The notes under the pieces were generated by a model. It had not been told where the DNA came from. It did not search any database and was given only the letters and a program-made list of their open reading frames with translations. From Elusimicrobiota bacterium (GTDB lineage: Bacteria; Elusimicrobiota; Elusimicrobia; FEN-1173), in the NCBI GenBank assembly GCA_016706425.1, contig JADJJR010000001.1, positions 385,728 to 449,727 on the forward strand: a DNA stretch of 64,000 bases. The letters are read 5' to 3'. Position 1 is the first letter of the stretch; every line of letters begins with the position of its first letter. This document shows, piece by piece, positions 63,454 to 64,000 of this stretch. A program made the translations under genes and the position numbers.

Positions 63454-64000
63454 ATGACCACGACCGACCTTTTGCCGTTTAAGCTGTGGACCCGAGGCAA
63501 GGTTCGGGACGTCTACGACCTGGGGGACCGTCTGTTGATCGTGGCCACGGACCGCATTTCGGCCTACGACTTCGTCCTGCCCACGCCGGTGCCCGACAAG
63601 GGCCGGATTCTTTGCCAGATGTCCAATTTTTGGTTCGCCAAGCTCGCGGCCGTCTGCCCGCACCACCTGATCGCCACCCGCGTCGCCGATTTCCCGCCCG
63701 AGGTCGCCCGGGCCTGCGCGGGCCTGGACGGGCGCGTCGTGTTGGTCAAGAAAACCCGGCGGGTGGACGTGGAATGCGTTGTGCGCGGTTATCTGGCGGG
63801 TTCCGGCTGGAAGGAGTACCAAGCCTCCCGGAGTGTCTGCGGTGTCTCTCTGCCGGCGGGGCTGGGGGAATCGGCACGCCTGCCCGAACCCATTTTTACG
63901 CCCGCCACCAAGGCCCCCGACGGGGAGCACGATGAAAACATTTCCTACGAGCGCATGGTCGCGCTGGTGGGGGCGGACCTGTCGGAACGCCTCCGGGCCG
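63454..64000 (+). CDS. purC: SAICAR synthase, 3'-truncated by the window edge (absent from the ORF track)
   Basis: Translated from ATG 63454: MTTTDLLPFKLWTRGKVRDVYDLGDRLLIVATDRISAYD...VECVVRGYLAGSGWKEY...FTPATKA...HDENIS. Confidence 0.95.
   Translation, partial: MTTTDLLPFKLWTRGKVRDVYDLGDRLLIVATDRISAYDFVLPTPVPDKGRILCQMSNFWFAKLAAVCPHHLIATRVADFPPEVARACAGLDGRVVLVKKTRRVDVECVVRGYLAGSGWKEYQASRSVCGVSLPAGLGESARLPEPIFTPATKAPDGEHDENISYERMVALVGADLSERLRA

Noticed and set aside
1-64000. tRNA, rRNA, transposase, integrase or prophage genes
   Set aside because: No supporting motifs were seen, and the intergenic gaps are short.

Overview
High-GC bacterial window. An Elusimicrobiota-like lineage is inferred from the giant multidomain ORF, the FG-GAP surface proteins, and the gliding-type CTD proteins with a PorV-like barrel. 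No rRNA, tRNA, CRISPR array or mobile element was seen. Housekeeping parts: thiI (5'-truncated), nfeD-stomatin, ECF sigma/anti-sigma/RseB trio, mutY, pstSCAB-B-phoU, nrdR-nrdJ-dcd-guaB...guaA-purC (3'-truncated). Main candidate novel system (about 6.2-31.3 kb): a putative usher-less donor-strand pilus. (1) A 187-aa pilin-like protein has an N-terminal strand AAVTDTVVLTVTP. (2) Two FG-GAP propeller proteins end in the same pilin-like domain (TVxNDGN...LWFRLDMP) but lack that strand. (3) A two-Ig-domain chaperone-like protein follows the pilin gene. (4) An FN3 protein carries only the strand (AAPTDSLVFTVS) plus a T9SS type-B-like C-terminal domain. These sit with a stand-alone CTD protein, a PorV/PorP-like barrel and GldAFG. 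A phosphorelay/HEAT/GT2-YaiO exopolysaccharide operon lies inside this region. Other highlights: a 4572-aa protein (HAD, MalQ/GH77, GNAT, two atypical GH13-like domains, internal signal-peptide-like segments) and a pair of reciprocally degenerate PstB ATPases. All domain calls are by eye; no database search was run.
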